Shown in pieces: positions 36,588 through 50,067 of a stretch of DNA of 64,000 bases. A program made the translations under genes and the position numbers. Positions within the stretch are counted from its first letter, which is position 1; each line of letters begins with the position of its first letter. The stretch covers positions 682,001 through 746,000 of the forward strand of contig OZ251252.1 in the NCBI GenBank assembly GCA_965240325.2. Reading direction: 5' to 3'. Below the pieces are notes generated by a model that saw nothing but the letters and a program-made list of their open reading frames with translations, was not told the origin of the DNA and made no database searches. The DNA comes from Rebecca billardiae RCC1528 (Eukaryota; Protista; Haptophyta).

Positions 36588-36601
36588 TGCGCGCTCACGC
36601 A

Positions 36602-37050
<449 letters not shown>

Positions 37051-39376
37051 ACGGCGCGGTATACTGATGACGACGCGCGATGCTGCTGTGACGTGACGGG
37101 ATCGCGATGGCGTGGTACTATTATAGCGTATACATATATATATACGTATCATACGACTACTAATATATATATATATATATTAGATATATATATTTCTCTT
37201 ATGGCCCGCGGTGCAGGGCGGAGCGCGTAGCGTGGAGCCCCGCCGGGGGCCCTCACCACGTTGTCAAAAAGCAGATCTTTTGATCAAAGAAAAGGGGCGG
37301 ACGGGGGACGATTTTGAGGGCTGTTGGAGGGTGAGTTTTCGCTTTTTCGAGGGGTACATTCGCCCATTGCTCTGCATTAGCAAGACGCGATTGACGAAAT
37401 AGCCGCGCCCGGGCCATTTCGCATATGTCGATGGACGGACGTGCATTTGTCAGTATATCTGGGTGAACGAATCTGCGATTTGTTGTAAATCTTCATAGCA
37501 TATTGCCAAATAGGACGAGGACCCAGCGCGTGCGCTGGAGGTCCTGGGCTCCTGGCAAAAAGTCTTCGTCAAGTACTCAACTTTACTAACGACGAACCTT
37601 TATTGCGCGCTGCCAAATTACTCAACTTTACACCTGAATGACCCCAGTGGGCGGAAATGGCCATATCTCCCGGAGATCGAGAGTACTCACACGTCTGAGT
37701 CATGTTTCGTCCTTTTTTCCGAGACGTTGATTGGTCAAACGCTCAGCATTCTATGTCCACAATTCCATATCGACACAACACAACTCCTACCAACCTGTGT
37801 ACTAAAAACCTTGGGCTTGGGTTAGCTGCACAACGACCAATCAGCGCGCAGCGAGCGGAGAGACTCGAAAACCGAGAATCACTCACGCACTTACTATGAT
37901 GTTTGCTCTTCGCCCATGCCAACTTTGCTATTGACAAAAACGCAGCGGCTTGGTTACGACCCATAGAAAGACGACCACCAATCAGCACACAGCAAACGAG
38001 ACAACCTTCACTTTCGAGCGGGCGAAAGGAGCTTTGGCCTTCAACCCGCAGGCATATGCGCTCTGGCGCTGGCCTTCGTTCGGCGCCCGAGCATCATCGG
38101 TAGACGTGTGGCGTGCCGGCCCACGGTCCGCCGCCCTCGCCCTGCTCATCTTCATCGTCTCCTCATCCTCCTCGTCGTCCGCGCCGCCGCCGTGCGCCAG
38201 CGCCTCCGCCAGCGCGGCGCCGCGCAGGTGCTCGCGGAACAGCGCGACGGCGCCAGAGCGCGCCGGCCGGCGTGGCGCCGGCGGGCGGGCGCGCGGCGCT
38301 CAGCGCGGTGCCGAGCAGCCCGCCGAGCGCGCGCAGCTGCGCACCCGCCGGCAGCTCGAGCAGCGCCGCGTGGCACGCGCCCGCGCCGGCGGCGCCGAGC
38401 TCCGCGCACAGCACGGACAGCCCTCGTGCCCACGCCGCCGCGCGCCCGCCCGCGCCCGCGGCGTGCAGCGCGCCGAGCGCGGCGCCGAGCGCGGCGCGCG
38501 CTGCGGACGTGTCGGCGGCGCACAGCGCACCCGCCGCCGCGCCCAGTGCACACGCGGCACACGCGAGCAGCTTGAGCACTACGCTCGCGCATGCCAACTG
38601 CGAGTGCGGAGGCGCTGGGCGCCGAGCTGGCGAAGCGCGGCGCCGAGCTCGACGCGCTGCGCGACGCGGAGACGGACGCGCTGGGCGCGCGTGGCGCCCT
38701 CGTCGCGACGCCCCGTGCAGCAGCTCGAGCAGCCAGCTGTGGAGTAGACGGCCGTCGAGGCGATCGGCGCCGGGCGCCAGCGCGCACGGGCTCAGCCCGT
38801 GCCGCTGGCTCGGGCCGCCGCAGCCGTCTTCGAGGCCGACGCGGCGGAGGAGGCGGCGGGCGAGCACGGCGGCGCGGTGGAGCAGGCGCGCACGCGCGGC
38901 GGCAGGCGCGACGCGCCGCTCGCCTCGTTCCACCCCGAGCTCCGCTCGGTCTCGGTGCGCGGCTGCCGGCAGCGCAGGCCGGGGCAGCACTGCGCGGCGC
39001 GCGCTCTCGCTCCGTCTGCCGGCACGAGGTGCGCCGGCTGAGTGAGCGACCAGCGGCCCGTCGTCGAGCGCATGGCGCCGCGCGAGCACGTCAAGCAGAC
39101 TGTGCGCCCGCACGCGCGCACGCGCTGGCCCGCGCCGCGCGGCGCCTATCGCCCTGCCTGCGCGCGCGCGCCGCCCCGCGGCGGCCGCTTCCCCGCGCGG
39201 CGGCCCGCCGGCGACAGTCCTCGGCCCGCCGGCCCGGTGGGCGGTAACTGAGTTGTGGCGGTGGCAGCTCCGAGGCAAACGAACTGTTACACATGTCCGA
39301 CTGAGACAGCAGCCGACGGAGGGTGCACCGCGGGCCCCTAACTGCGTTGGTTCTACGGAAGGACCGCGGAACGCGG

Positions 39377-39573
<197 letters not shown>

Positions 39574-39598
39574 AGAAATATATAGTCGCGATGACCGG

Positions 39599-40747
39599 CT
39601 ACGACGACGACGAGCCTGCTGTCGTGGCCCCCGCCGCATCGGGCAGGATGATTGCGCGCTGGTCCGAGCACTGCAGGTGCCGCGTGCCGCGCGTGCCACG
39701 CGGCCCGTCGGCCGGCAGCCGCACCTGGCACCAGAGCCGGTCAGCGTGCTCGGCGGTCGGCTGGAAGAGCACGGCGAGGGGCACGCCGGAGAGCAGCGCG
39801 TGCGCGAAGACGGCGCGCTCGTACTTCTCCGGCACGTTCGGGTGGTCGAGCGAGCGCAGCCGCAGCTTCATGAAGCTCGGCGCCGCCCGGAGGAACATGG
39901 CGCTCACCGAGCCGAGCCGCGCGTCCCTGCGCACCGCGAAGAAGACATCTTGCGGCACGCACGGCTTGGCCGACGTGCGGCCGCGCCAGGCGTGGTGCTT
40001 GGAGAGCGCGAGGATGGGCGCCGAGCCGGGCGCGGTGCGGTTCCAGACGGGCCACGCCAGCACGCGCAGCCGCGGGTGGAAGGCGATGTCGTACCGCAGG
40101 CGCACGCCGAAGGCGAACGCGCCGCCGCGCAACCGCGCCTCTGCGCGCGATATCATGACCCCGCAGTGGCGCAGCCCTCGCTGCTGCGGCTGCGCGTGCC
40201 GCTTGGCGGGGGCGGCTTCGCGCTGCTGCGCGACGACCTGCTCGACGCCGGCGGCGCGCACCATGGTCACCGCGCGCGGCGGCAGCTCGTCGCCCTCGGC
40301 CACCGAGAAGAAGACGTGCATGCGCCCGTGCCGCGCCATCAGCGGCTGCAGGACGAGCGCAAGATGGTTCTCGAGCGCGCCGTTGTCCGCTCGGGCAAAG
40401 CCGCGCTGCAGCCCGCTGTAGCACACCGCGACGCCGCTCGCGGCGGGCGTGTCGGGCTGCGCGGCGGCCGACGCGTAGCCTGGCTCGGCGTCGAGCGCGT
40501 ACCTCGCCGTGTCGAGCACGAGCGGCGCGCCGCCGTCGCGCGCGTCCAGGCACGCGCGCGACCGGTGCTCGACGTGCCGATCGCGGCAGACGCCCGGCGA
40601 GGTGTTGAGGAGCGCGTGCGGGTCGCAGGGGCCCCACGCCAGCGGCGTGGCGCAGCCGCTCGGCCACGGCCAGTCGATGCCGAGAGCCAGCGCGAGGACG
40701 ACGGGAGCCCGTCCTCTTCGCCGCCCTCGCGCGATTCGGGCCGCCAT
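39599..40747 (-). CDS. Uncharacterised secreted or membrane protein, putative glycosyltransferase-like
   Basis: Start [17 protein letters not shown]; [29 protein letters not shown] motifs. Confidence 0.6.
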   Translation of the reverse strand: MAARIARGRRRGRAPVVLALALGIDWPWPSGCATPLAWGPCDPHALLNTSPGVCRDRHVEHRSRACLDARDGGAPLVLDTARYALDAEPGYASAAAQPDTPAASGVAVCYSGLQRGFARADNGALENHLALVLQPLMARHGRMHVFFSVAEGDELPPRAVTMVRAAGVEQVVAQQREAAPAKRHAQPQQRGLRHCGVMISRAEARLRGGAFAFGVRLRYDIAFHPRLRVLAWPVWNRTAPGSAPILALSKHHAWRGRTSAKPCVPQDVFFAVRRDARLGSVSAMFLRAAPSFMKLRLRSLDHPNVPEKYERAVFAHALLSGVPLAVLFQPTAEHADRLWCQVRLPADGPRGTRGTRHLQCSDQRAIILPDAAGATTAGSSSS

Positions 40748-40757
40748 CCGCCGCCGC

Positions 40758-41222
40758 CAGGGCTCCAAGACGGTACACCGGACACCGGTAAATACCGTAC
40801 CGGTGCGTACCGGTGCGTACCCGGTACCGGTATGCACCGCCACAAACTGCCGCGCACCGGTGAGAGTCCGGGAGGGGTCGTGTGCGCCCGGACCACAGCA
40901 CCCGCGAGTACGGACTGACGCCAAAGGAATCAAGGACGCGCGGAGCTGTCACTTGTCAGTGTCCGAGGTCGGAGTCACTGCTGGCACTCGCAGGGCCAAG
41001 GGGCGACTACGCTGCCGCAGTGAGTAGTCAGTGATGAGTGTCAGTGCCGCCCGGCCCGGATTTCGTCCAATAATTGGGCTGTTTCTATCAGTAAATAGGC
41101 CCAAAACTTTTCTTCGCCTCGGGCCGGCGGGCCCCCGGGGGGGACACCCCCCCGGACCCCCCCGCGGTGCGGGCACCGGCGTACCGGTACACCGGCGCCT
41201 GCGGCGCCGGTGCACCGGTACC
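40758..41222 (-). mobile_element. hAT-type MITE, copy 2 (inverted, lacking one TIR)
   Basis: Begins CAGGGCTCCAAGACGGTACACCGG, the reverse complement of the copy 1 right end; internal homology continues to ~41222. Confidence 0.85.
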
Positions 41223-41407
41223 GCATGCACTCTGGTGGCAGCACGCGACGAATCATATCGGCCTTGCGCGTGCTGCCAGGCCAGTGCTCACTCTGCTGCT
41301 GGGCGCAGCGGCTCGCTCTGCGCGTGCTCGTGTGCTAGGCGGTGTGCGGCGCGGCACGGCGCAGCAGAAGAACCCTGCGCCTGTCGCAGTTCACCCTCGT
41401 TCGAAGT

Positions 41408-42607
41408 TCAGCAAAACGCCAGTTCGCTGTTCAGCTTGGCGACCTTCTGGCCCCAGCGCCCATAGTACCTCGGATCCGTTCGTCGCAGGGCGACGGCCGC
41501 CAGGCGCTCCCGTTCTCGCCACTGCGGCGGACGACGCGCTTGCTGCGTGCCTCGCTCAGCCGCTGGCGTGCGACGCCGCTGCTGTTCGGCAAGCCACCAT
41601 TCCTCACCAGCGAGTCGTCGGTTGTTCGCCGCTGCCCGCCGCCCCTTCACTCCAGAGCGCTTGGCCGCAGCAGCGGCAGAGACCTTTGCCAAACGCCGAG
41701 AGTCAGACGGGCTGAGCGACGAGCCCACGCGGAGCATGGCGATCTCGGCGCACTCGGGGCACACCGGGTTGATCTCCTTCGCCACCGTGCGGTACCCTCG
41801 GTCCATGAGCTCGAGGAAGAGCGCCGCCACCTCGCGCCGGCCCTTGTGCGCCACCAGACTCGGAGGCACTGCCATCGCGGGCGCGCCGCGCGTGTGAATC
41901 TCAAAGCTGAGCTCGAGCGGCAGCAAGTGCGTGGGGAGGGTCAGGAGCTCGCGGCGGATCAGATCCCACTCGAAGCCCTCGACGTCGAACTTGAACAGGT
42001 CGATGGGGCGCTCCGTGTGGTTGAGCTCGGCGAGCACCTGCGTGAGCCGCTTGAAGTGCTCCGGCGTGTACGCGCCCAGAGTGTGCGAGTACACGCGGCC
42101 AGTGCGCACGGCGGAGGCGTTGGACGGGAGCTCCCCGATGCACCACGGGTGGAAGTGGAACGTCGTGCCCCGGAGCGCCCGCGACCCCGGCGCGACCGTG
42201 CAGTCGAAGCCGTGCACCTCGCAGCCGTGACGGGAGAAGTCCTCCTCAAAAGTCGCGTCGCCTGCAATGCCCACGCCATACATGACGCATCGGCGCGCGC
42301 CGGGGGAGAGCTCGGGGTCCACGACGCGCTTGCCGTCCTCGTAATCGCGAGGCGTCATGACCAGGGCCCGGTGCAGAGGGAGTGCGATGCTCACGTCGAC
42401 GAATCTGAGCGGGGCGGAATCGTTCAGCCGCTTGGCCGTGACAGCTCGCTCGAGCCTTGCCCGGGCGCGTAGCGCGCAGGCGTCGAGCGCTTCCTCGAGG
42501 ATCGACGCCTGCGAGAAGCGCTGGCCGAGGCTCGAAGCGGCTGTATCGCCCGCAAACGCCTCGCCGAACGCCGCGAATGCCTGAGCGACGACGAGCGCCG
42601 TCGTCAT
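41408..42607 (-). CDS. Methyltransferase, Methyltransf_22/METTL24-like
   Basis: CVMYGVGIAGDATFEEDF, CEVHGFDCT, IDLFKFDVEGFEW, ELSFEIH, INPVC. Confidence 0.85.
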   Translation of the reverse strand: MTTALVVAQAFAAFGEAFAGDTAASSLGQRFSQASILEEALDACALRARARLERAVTAKRLNDSAPLRFVDVSIALPLHRALVMTPRDYEDGKRVVDPELSPGARRCVMYGVGIAGDATFEEDFSRHGCEVHGFDCTVAPGSRALRGTTFHFHPWCIGELPSNASAVRTGRVYSHTLGAYTPEHFKRLTQVLAELNHTERPIDLFKFDVEGFEWDLIRRELLTLPTHLLPLELSFEIHTRGAPAMAVPPSLVAHKGRREVAALFLELMDRGYRTVAKEINPVCPECAEIAMLRVGSSLSPSDSRRLAKVSAAAAAKRSGVKGRRAAANNRRLAGEEWWLAEQQRRRTPAAERGTQQARRPPQWRERERLAAVALRRTDPRYYGRWGQKVAKLNSELAFC

Positions 42608-42709
42608 CGCCGAGGAGACCGCTATTATGAATACGCGCAGGAAAGGAATCTGAAAGGAATCTGCCCGGCCTCTTGTCCTCGCAGGGACGGTGGCATACAG
42701 TTTACTGTG

Positions 42710-45700
42710 ATAGAGAGTGAGTTGCAGCCGCCGCTGCACGCCGGCGGCAGCTTCACGAATCAGTCGAATCACGACCATCACCTTCAGACGTTGATAGCCG
42801 GGTGCGGACAGCGCGCTGCAGACTCGGCACTCGCTGATGCAGACGACGCCGCCGTGCGCACGTGCCAGCCCTGAGGAGTGAGGACTTCTTTAAAAATGAA
42901 CTGCTCAGATTGATGGTTAGCTGGCAGCCGCAGCGTCATACTAAGTAATAGACTAAGACAGCTGGCGGTCCGGTCATTACATTCGTCAAGGTAGCTGCTG
43001 CCGCCACGGTCCCGAGTGCTGCGGACGCTGGGGCGGGTGGCGGGTGCAGCCTGCGTTGACAACTGCGCAGGGCACGCATCAAGCGCGCGCCCCTACTGTC
43101 TACTGAGCCTCGCACCGTGTATGTAGGGCTGGTGGACGGCCGTACTGAACCGACTTGCAGGCGACGCCCGGTGCGCAGTAATCCAGTCGAGCAACACTGA
43201 TTCGGCGCACCGCCGTCGAGAGTTCGGCAGCAGCAGGGCCAGGCAGCCAGGTGTCAACCGCGCAGGGCACGGCACGCATCAAGCGCGCGCGCCGACTGAG
43301 CCTCGGACCGTAGGGCTGGTGGACGGCCGTAAACACTTGCAGGTGAGGCCCGGTGCGCACATCCAGTCGAGCAACACTGATCGGCGCGCCGCCGTCGAGA
43401 GTTGCAGCAGCAGGGGCAGGCAGCCAGGTGCCAACCGCGCAGGGCATGGCACGCATCAAAACAGTTGCAGGCGAGGCCCGGTGCGCAGATCCAGTCGAGC
43501 AACGCGGACGGCGGCGCGCCACTCCGTCGAGAGATGTAGAGAGTTGCAACCGCCGGGGCAGGTCGTTAGGTGACAACCGCGCAGGACACGCATCAAGCGT
43601 GCGCCTCCTGAGCGCCGGGCAGGAGAGCGGCCGTGATCAGTTGCAAGCGACGCCCGTCGTGCGGATCACTCGATCACTCGTCGAGCCGTCGGGATCACTC
43701 GTCGAGCGTTACAGATCGGTCATCCGGGCACCCGGTCGTGAGGTGCAGGCGAGGTGCAGGTGGAGGACGGCCGTCGACAGTTGCAGGTGACAGGGCGTGA
43801 ACATCTTGCTCACACATCACCCCGACGGTCCACACCCTCGGTCGCAGCCCCGCGGCGCCCGCGGTGGCATCTCGACCTCCCGTCACGGCGGTCAGCCTGG
43901 CCCGAGCGCCCCCTCTATTTCTTTGGAGCGGGCCCCTCTTGACGAGCGAGTATCATCGCGGTTGCTGTTCAAATATGGGTTGGCGCTGCGCGTCAACTTG
44001 GGCTGGAAACCTGTTTCTGAAACGCATGATGGGCCAGGGCTCAAAGATCCGGTGCTCGGTACGCGTACCGGTGCACCGGCGCCGCAGGCGCCGGTGTACC
44101 GGTACACCGGTGCGTGCACCGCGGGGGGGTCCGGGGGGGTGTCCCCCCCGGGGCCCCGCCGGCCCGAGGCGACGAAAAATTTTGGGCCTATTTACTGATA
44201 GAAACAGCCCAATTATTGGACAGAACTATCGGCCGGCGTAGTAGAAGTAGTCGCCTTCCCTGAGAGTGCCAGCAGTGACTCCGACCTCGGACACTGACAA
44301 GTGACAGCTCCGCGTCAGTCGTCCGTATACTCGCGGGTGCTGTGGTCCGGGCGCACACGACCCCTCCCGGACTCTCACCGGTGCGCGGCAGTTTGTGGCG
44401 GTGCATAGTTGCATACCGGTACGCACCGGTACGCACCGGTACGGTATTTACCGGTGTCCGGTGTACCGTCTTGGAGCCCTGATGATGGCACGCCGGGCCG
44501 GTAGCCCGAGCTCGGAATTCCGACGCTGCCAACGGCGCCACAGGGGCGCAGCGGCGGGGCTGACGACGCGCGCGCGTGTGCACGTCTGACCACGAAGTGC
44601 GCGCTGCAATGACTGGCCCGTCCGCAGCACCACGCCCCGCGCTGTGAGGGAGAGTGTGGCCCGCGCCCAAGCGCGAACGCGGGCCGGGCGGCACTCCGCC
44701 GACCTCGCCGGCCGCCGACCAGCCCGCGGCCGCCTGCTGCAGCTCGTGGAACGGCGCAGTCGCGCGCTCGCGCGTGGAGGGCGGACCTGCGCGTATGCGC
44801 CCGCCGGGCTTGCCGCTTCATCCGCTGGCACCGCAGTGCAGGTCGAGCCGTCCGCCGCCCACCGAGCCGGCGCCACGCCTCGCGCTCGTGCTCGAGCTGA
44901 GGCGGCGGCGTGTCGCCCGAGCCGGCGGGGTCGCGCGCGTGCGCGTGGTGGGCAGCCTCGCGCGTGCGCCCGCCGCGCGCCCCGCGTCTCTCGCTTGGCG
45001 CCGCACGCGAGCCGCTCGTCGCGCGACCGAACGAGACGTCAACGCAAGGGCGACCCTTGGAATGGCGTGGGCTCTCCGCCTTGTCGTCCTTCACGGGACG
45101 TCGTCGACGCGAGGCCGCGCGAGGTTGCTCCGATCAAGGGCTCCGATGCTCGTAGTCCAATGCAAGATGATACCCGCGTGCTGCTATCAGCGCGCCCTTT
45201 CGCTCGTGATTGTCTAGCGAGAAAGTGACGGATCGTGCGATCGAATGTGAAGTGTGAACTCGCGACACGACGAAATCCGCCGACAGATGCGATTCGCGCG
45301 AATGTGAGTACGCAAAGCGCCGAACGACGAGCGGTTTTTTACCGAACGAACGACGAGCGGCTTTTGTCATAGCGACCGCGTAAGCGGGTACGCGAATTGT
45401 GCATATGTGACCGACAGACGGGTGAGCCGGGGCGTCAAATAAAGGCCCGCGACGGGCTGGTCCCCAGCGTGAAGTCGTGCCTTTGTTCTCGTGGGTTTCC
45501 AGAATAATGAGCCACCAATTAACTTGAGTCGCGTCGGCTGTAATCGATCGACGAATACGACCCCTGCGTTGAATACTTGTACCTCGCAGCTGTATATTGA
45601 ACAATACTCATGGCCGCACGGGGCCCAAATAGCGGCAACTCAAGCAGGAAAGGACAAACGCATACCTCACACGTGGATTGGCACTATATCTACTGTCGCA

Positions 45701-45917
45701 GCAAATATGTGCGAAGACTGTCCCAACCACGGGTACGCGGGGTAAAAGCCGGCGATCCGCTAGTGACTTTCGGAGTAAAACCCCTCGATCCGCTGACTTT
45801 CGGAGTAAAAAGCGTCGATCCGCTGACTTTTCGTAGGTAAAGTCCGAATTGTGGGCATTTTCGTATTCCGGGCGCACCTGCCGCGCGGATCCACTTTACA
45901 CGATTAAGTAGAGTAGA
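42710..45917 (-). mobile_element. Non-autonomous Helitron, copy B, with an extra ~1.6-kb internal segment
   Basis: Same 5' end (GATTAAGTAGAGTAGA|T on plus) and same 3' hairpin end (TAGAGAGTGAGTTGCAGCCGCCGCTGCAC) as copy A; 3' CTAG degenerate. Confidence 0.75.
44035..44481 (+). mobile_element. hAT-type MITE, copy 3 (nested in Helitron B)
   Basis: Both TIRs present; near-TSD ATGATGGGC / ATGATGGC. Confidence 0.88.
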
Positions 45918-46447
45918 TTTAACGTGCACACTTGGTTAACCGTACAGCGCCGGGAGACTTACGGGAGACTTACTCCACTTTGATAGTCGCTCCCGGGCGC
46001 AAGGCTGGGGCGCACGCGACAAGAATGGGCTCACATTTTGCGTCTCAGAGATCTCCTTCGGACACTCCGCGGGTCGGTTGCGCTCCGCTGCCGCCCGCGC
46101 GCGCTAAAATGATTCATTCTTGAAAATAGGGTTTTCAGTGCACGAAGACCCAAGCGCAGAACATGACTCCGACGGGCAAAAAAAGCAAAATCATAAGGTT
46201 TGCGGACGACTTTCCTAGGCTCTGGAGGGGACGGTGCAGGCAAGTGACGCGGGCGCTCCATGGCCATGTCGGCCGTCGCGGATGGCGTCAATGCACGCCA
46301 CGTGCTCAAGACACATGCTCATTTGCACAAACTTGGGTTGGGCGGGGCGAGACCGCGCTCGCGCAGCCGATCGACACTCAACGACGCTTGTGCGTTGCGG
46401 CTGCTTTGACACAGCGAACGGCAGGGTGCAGACTCGAGATGTGAGGG

Positions 46448-47996
46448 TCATGCGGGCTTGGACTCGTAGCCAGTGCCCACTGGCGGCAGCCCGCATGCCG
46501 CGCGTACTCGTCCGGACGCGAACTCGTACATCGAGCGGCCATACTGCTGCGCGAGTCGCCGCCCCACGTCACAAGCTCGCCATGGATCGCAGAGCCCGCG
46601 TAATCTCGGCGCTGTACGGTTAAGGCGTACCGTTACTATCAGCGTGGCACGGCGCTCAGCCTCGCCGTCCGCGGCAGCGCCCCAGCGCGTGCCGCCGCCC
46701 AGCGGCGCGGGGACGGCCGCGGCCTCCGCCGCCTCCATCTGCATGGCCAGCCGCAGCACGCGCAGCTGCGATGGGTCGGCCGCCTGCTCGACCAGCCGCA
46801 GCCGCTGCCGCGTGCGCGCGAGCTCCGCGCGCATGCGCTCGGTGGTGGCGCGCTCGGCTGCGAGCTCGGCGGCGGGGACGGGTGCAGAGGCAGCTGCTGT
46901 GCCTGTGGCTGCTGGCTCGAGCAGCTCAGCGACCAGCGGCGCCTCCTCTGCATGCGCAGCACTGCCGCTGCCGCCCTGCACGCCATCTGAAGGGTGTGCT
47001 GCAGAGGCGGGCTGTGCCTCAGCCCTGGCCCCCACAGCATCAGGCGTGCCAGTGGCAGCCTGCGCCCTGGCCCCCATAGCCTCAGGCGTGCCAGTGGCAG
47101 CGTCTCCTCCACTGCTGGCACGGCCCTGCCCACCCGCTGCATCGCACTGGCGTGGGCGGCTGGGCGCCTTTCGAGCACTGGGCGCCTGCTGCCGTGCTGG
47201 CGGCTGCTTGCCACCTCTGCTGCTGCCGCCGTCGTCCCTCCGCTGCCGCTTGCTTGCACCGGATGCGCTGCTGGGTGCTTCTGCCCGCTGCCGCTTGAGC
47301 ATGGTGGCCCCATGGACCATGCCTGGCAGCCTGTGCTCAGCGCAGCGCCGGGCGCACACATCACTGGGCATGCACACCGATGGCTGCTTGGCACAGCCGG
47401 CGTATTCGCACTTGGGGGCCCTCACATCGACCATACCGGCCAGCTTGTGCGTAGCACATAGGCTTGCGCGCGCGTCGCCAGGCATGCCAACGGTTGGCCG
47501 CTTGTGGCAGCCGGCGTGTTCGCATGTGCGGCTCTTTATGTCCACCATGCCGGCCAGCTTGTGCGCGGCGCATCGGCTGGCACGGGCGTCGCCCGGCATG
47601 CCGAAGGATGGCAGCGTGTCACAGCCAGCCTGTTCACATCTGCGACTCACCACGTCGACCATGCCGGCCAGCTTGTGCGCGGCGCATCGGCTGGCACGGG
47701 CGTCGCCTCGCATGCCGAAGGATGGGACCTTGTCACAGCCGGCATGCTCGCACGTGCGGTGCATCACGTCGACCATGCCGGCCAGCTTGTGCGCGGCGCA
47801 TCGGCTCGCGCGGGCAGCGCCCGGCATGCCAAAGGATGGCTGCGTGTCACAGCCAGCATGCTCGCACGTTCTGCTGGTCACATTCACCATGCCGGCCAGC
47901 TTGTGCGCGGCGCATCGGCTCGCGCGGGCAGCGCCCGGCATGCCGAATGACGGGCACTTGTCACAAGCCGGCCCGCACGCACGTCGGAGGCGCCAT
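46448..47996 (-). CDS. EsV-1-7 cysteine-rich repeat protein (~6 x 39 aa); apparent 1-nt frameshift near the start
   Basis: Repeats CEHAGCDxxPSFGMPGxxRASRCAAHKLAGMVDV; ATG 47996 MAPPTCVRAG joins CDKCPSFGM only after a shift at ~47965. Confidence 0.82.
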
Positions 47997-48182
47997 TGCT
48001 CGGACGAGTCGACGAGATGTCGTCGATCCTATTTTCGGCAGTCACGGATGATTTATTCAGATCATCGCGTCAAAAATTAATATCTGCTAGCTTTTATTGC
48101 AGCACAGCAGTCTTCATTCGCATGCGCCGACGGCACGCACCCAATCAGGGCACAGCGCGCGCGCAGCTCGGGCACGGCACGC

Positions 48183-50019
48183 TCAGGCCACCGTCTCCCC
48201 ACCCCACTCCACGCCCCGCCGCCCTGTGCGGCGCCGCTGCTGTCCGCGCGGCGGCGGCGAGGCGCTCGTCGCGTCCAGACGGCGCCGCCGGCCACGCGGC
48301 GCGGCCTGGCCCGCGGCACCGGGCGCCGCGACACCGCCGCCCGGTCCAGACGCGCTGAGCTGCGGCTGCGGGCTGCCCGCCGGCGCCAGTCCCACGGTTG
48401 CCACGCCGATGCCCAGCTCGGAGCGCCGCGCCGCGAGCTCGTCGAGCAGCCGCGCCGCGTACGCCCTGCGCTGCGCGTGGCTGCGGAGCCCCGCCCAGTC
48501 CGAGTGGCGCGCGCGCACCACCGCCCAACCCAGCCGCTCGAGCTGGCGCATCTTCCACAGGTCCGAGCCGCCGAGTTCTGCGCCGCCCGTGTCAGGGTCG
48601 ACGAGGAAGTGGTGAGGCCCGTCGAATTCGACGACCTCGCGCCGCGCCGCGCTCGCCATGTCCGCCATCAGCAGCCCGCTCTCGATCGGCAGCTCCACCT
48701 CGTGCGCCCAGCCCGCGCGGCGCAGCTGCGCCGAGAGCCGCCGCTGACCCCAGGACACATGCACGCCCTCGAGCTGGCGCAGCAGCAGGTGCCGCACGCG
48801 CGCGGCGTCCTGGACGTACTGCGCGTACACAGCGGCGTCGTCGGCGCCCTCGGCGCCCGCCGCGCCCGCCGCGCGCGGCGGCGCGCCGGAGCCGCACCCC
48901 TGCAGCCGCGCGGTCAGCATGGCCTGCCCCACTTTCGTCGAGAACTCGGGGTCAAGCCGCATGTCGAGCGGCAGCGTGGCATAGCGGCGCACGAGCGCCG
49001 AATAAAAAAAGGAAAAATCGGACGGCGCGTGCTCCGCGTGCGCCGAGGAGGCGTCCGCCGCGTGCCACGGCCGCCGCCGCCGCCGCCGCTGCTGCCCGAG
49101 GATGGCGAGCGACCACGTCAGCGTCACCAGCTCCACCGCCGGCATCGAGTGCGCGCGCTCGCGCGCGTGCGCCACGATCTCGTCGACGAGATCGGGCGCG
49201 TGGAGCCCGAATTTGGCGCACGCCTGCACGGCCACGATGAGCAGGTGCGTGTGGACCGTGTGCCCCGCGGGCGGCGGCGCGCGCGCCGCCGCGAGGCGCT
49301 CCGCGAGCTGCGCGGTCGTTGCGCGCAGCAGCTCGCGCGCGTTCACGCGGCACACGGACAGCGCGCGCAGCAGTCGCACGAGCGCGGCCGTTGGCACCAC
49401 GCGCGCGCGCACGGCTTGCAGCACGGGCGCGCGCAGCGCGGCGCACAGCGCGACGGCGGTGGGCCCGGCGCGCACGGCGCGCGTGTACGTGTCCAGCACG
49501 TTGATGCACAGCTCGGCCGGCGGCGGCGGCGGCGCGGCGCTCGCGCCGCGCCGCTCGGTGGCTTGCGCGTGCGCGGCTGCGGCGGCGCCGTCGCCGGCCC
49601 CGCCGTCGCCGCCGCCGCCGACGGCGACAGCGTGTTGCGGCTGCGCTGACTCGCGCGGCGCGTCGCCCTCCGTGTCGCCGTCGGGCGGCGGCGCGCAGCG
49701 CGCGAGCAGCTCGCGCGCCGCCGCCTCGCAGACCACCTCGCTCCGAACCCCCGCCTTCAGGATCAGCCGCGGCACCTGCTGCAACTCGGCGTCGGTGACC
49801 GTGCGCACGCGAGCGGCGAACGCCGCGCCGAGCGCTTCGCACATGTGCGCGCGCTGCACGCGGAGCGCGGAGAGGGCCTCGATGCTCACGGCGAGCGCGG
49901 GCGTGCTCAGCTCGGCCGCGCGCGCGCACAGCGCGCCGGCCAGCACCTCGAGCAGCGGCGCGGCGCGCGGCATCGCGGCGCGCAGGCAGTCCGCCGCGCC
50001 GCGCGGCGCATCGGTCGGT

Positions 50020-50067
<48 letters not shown>

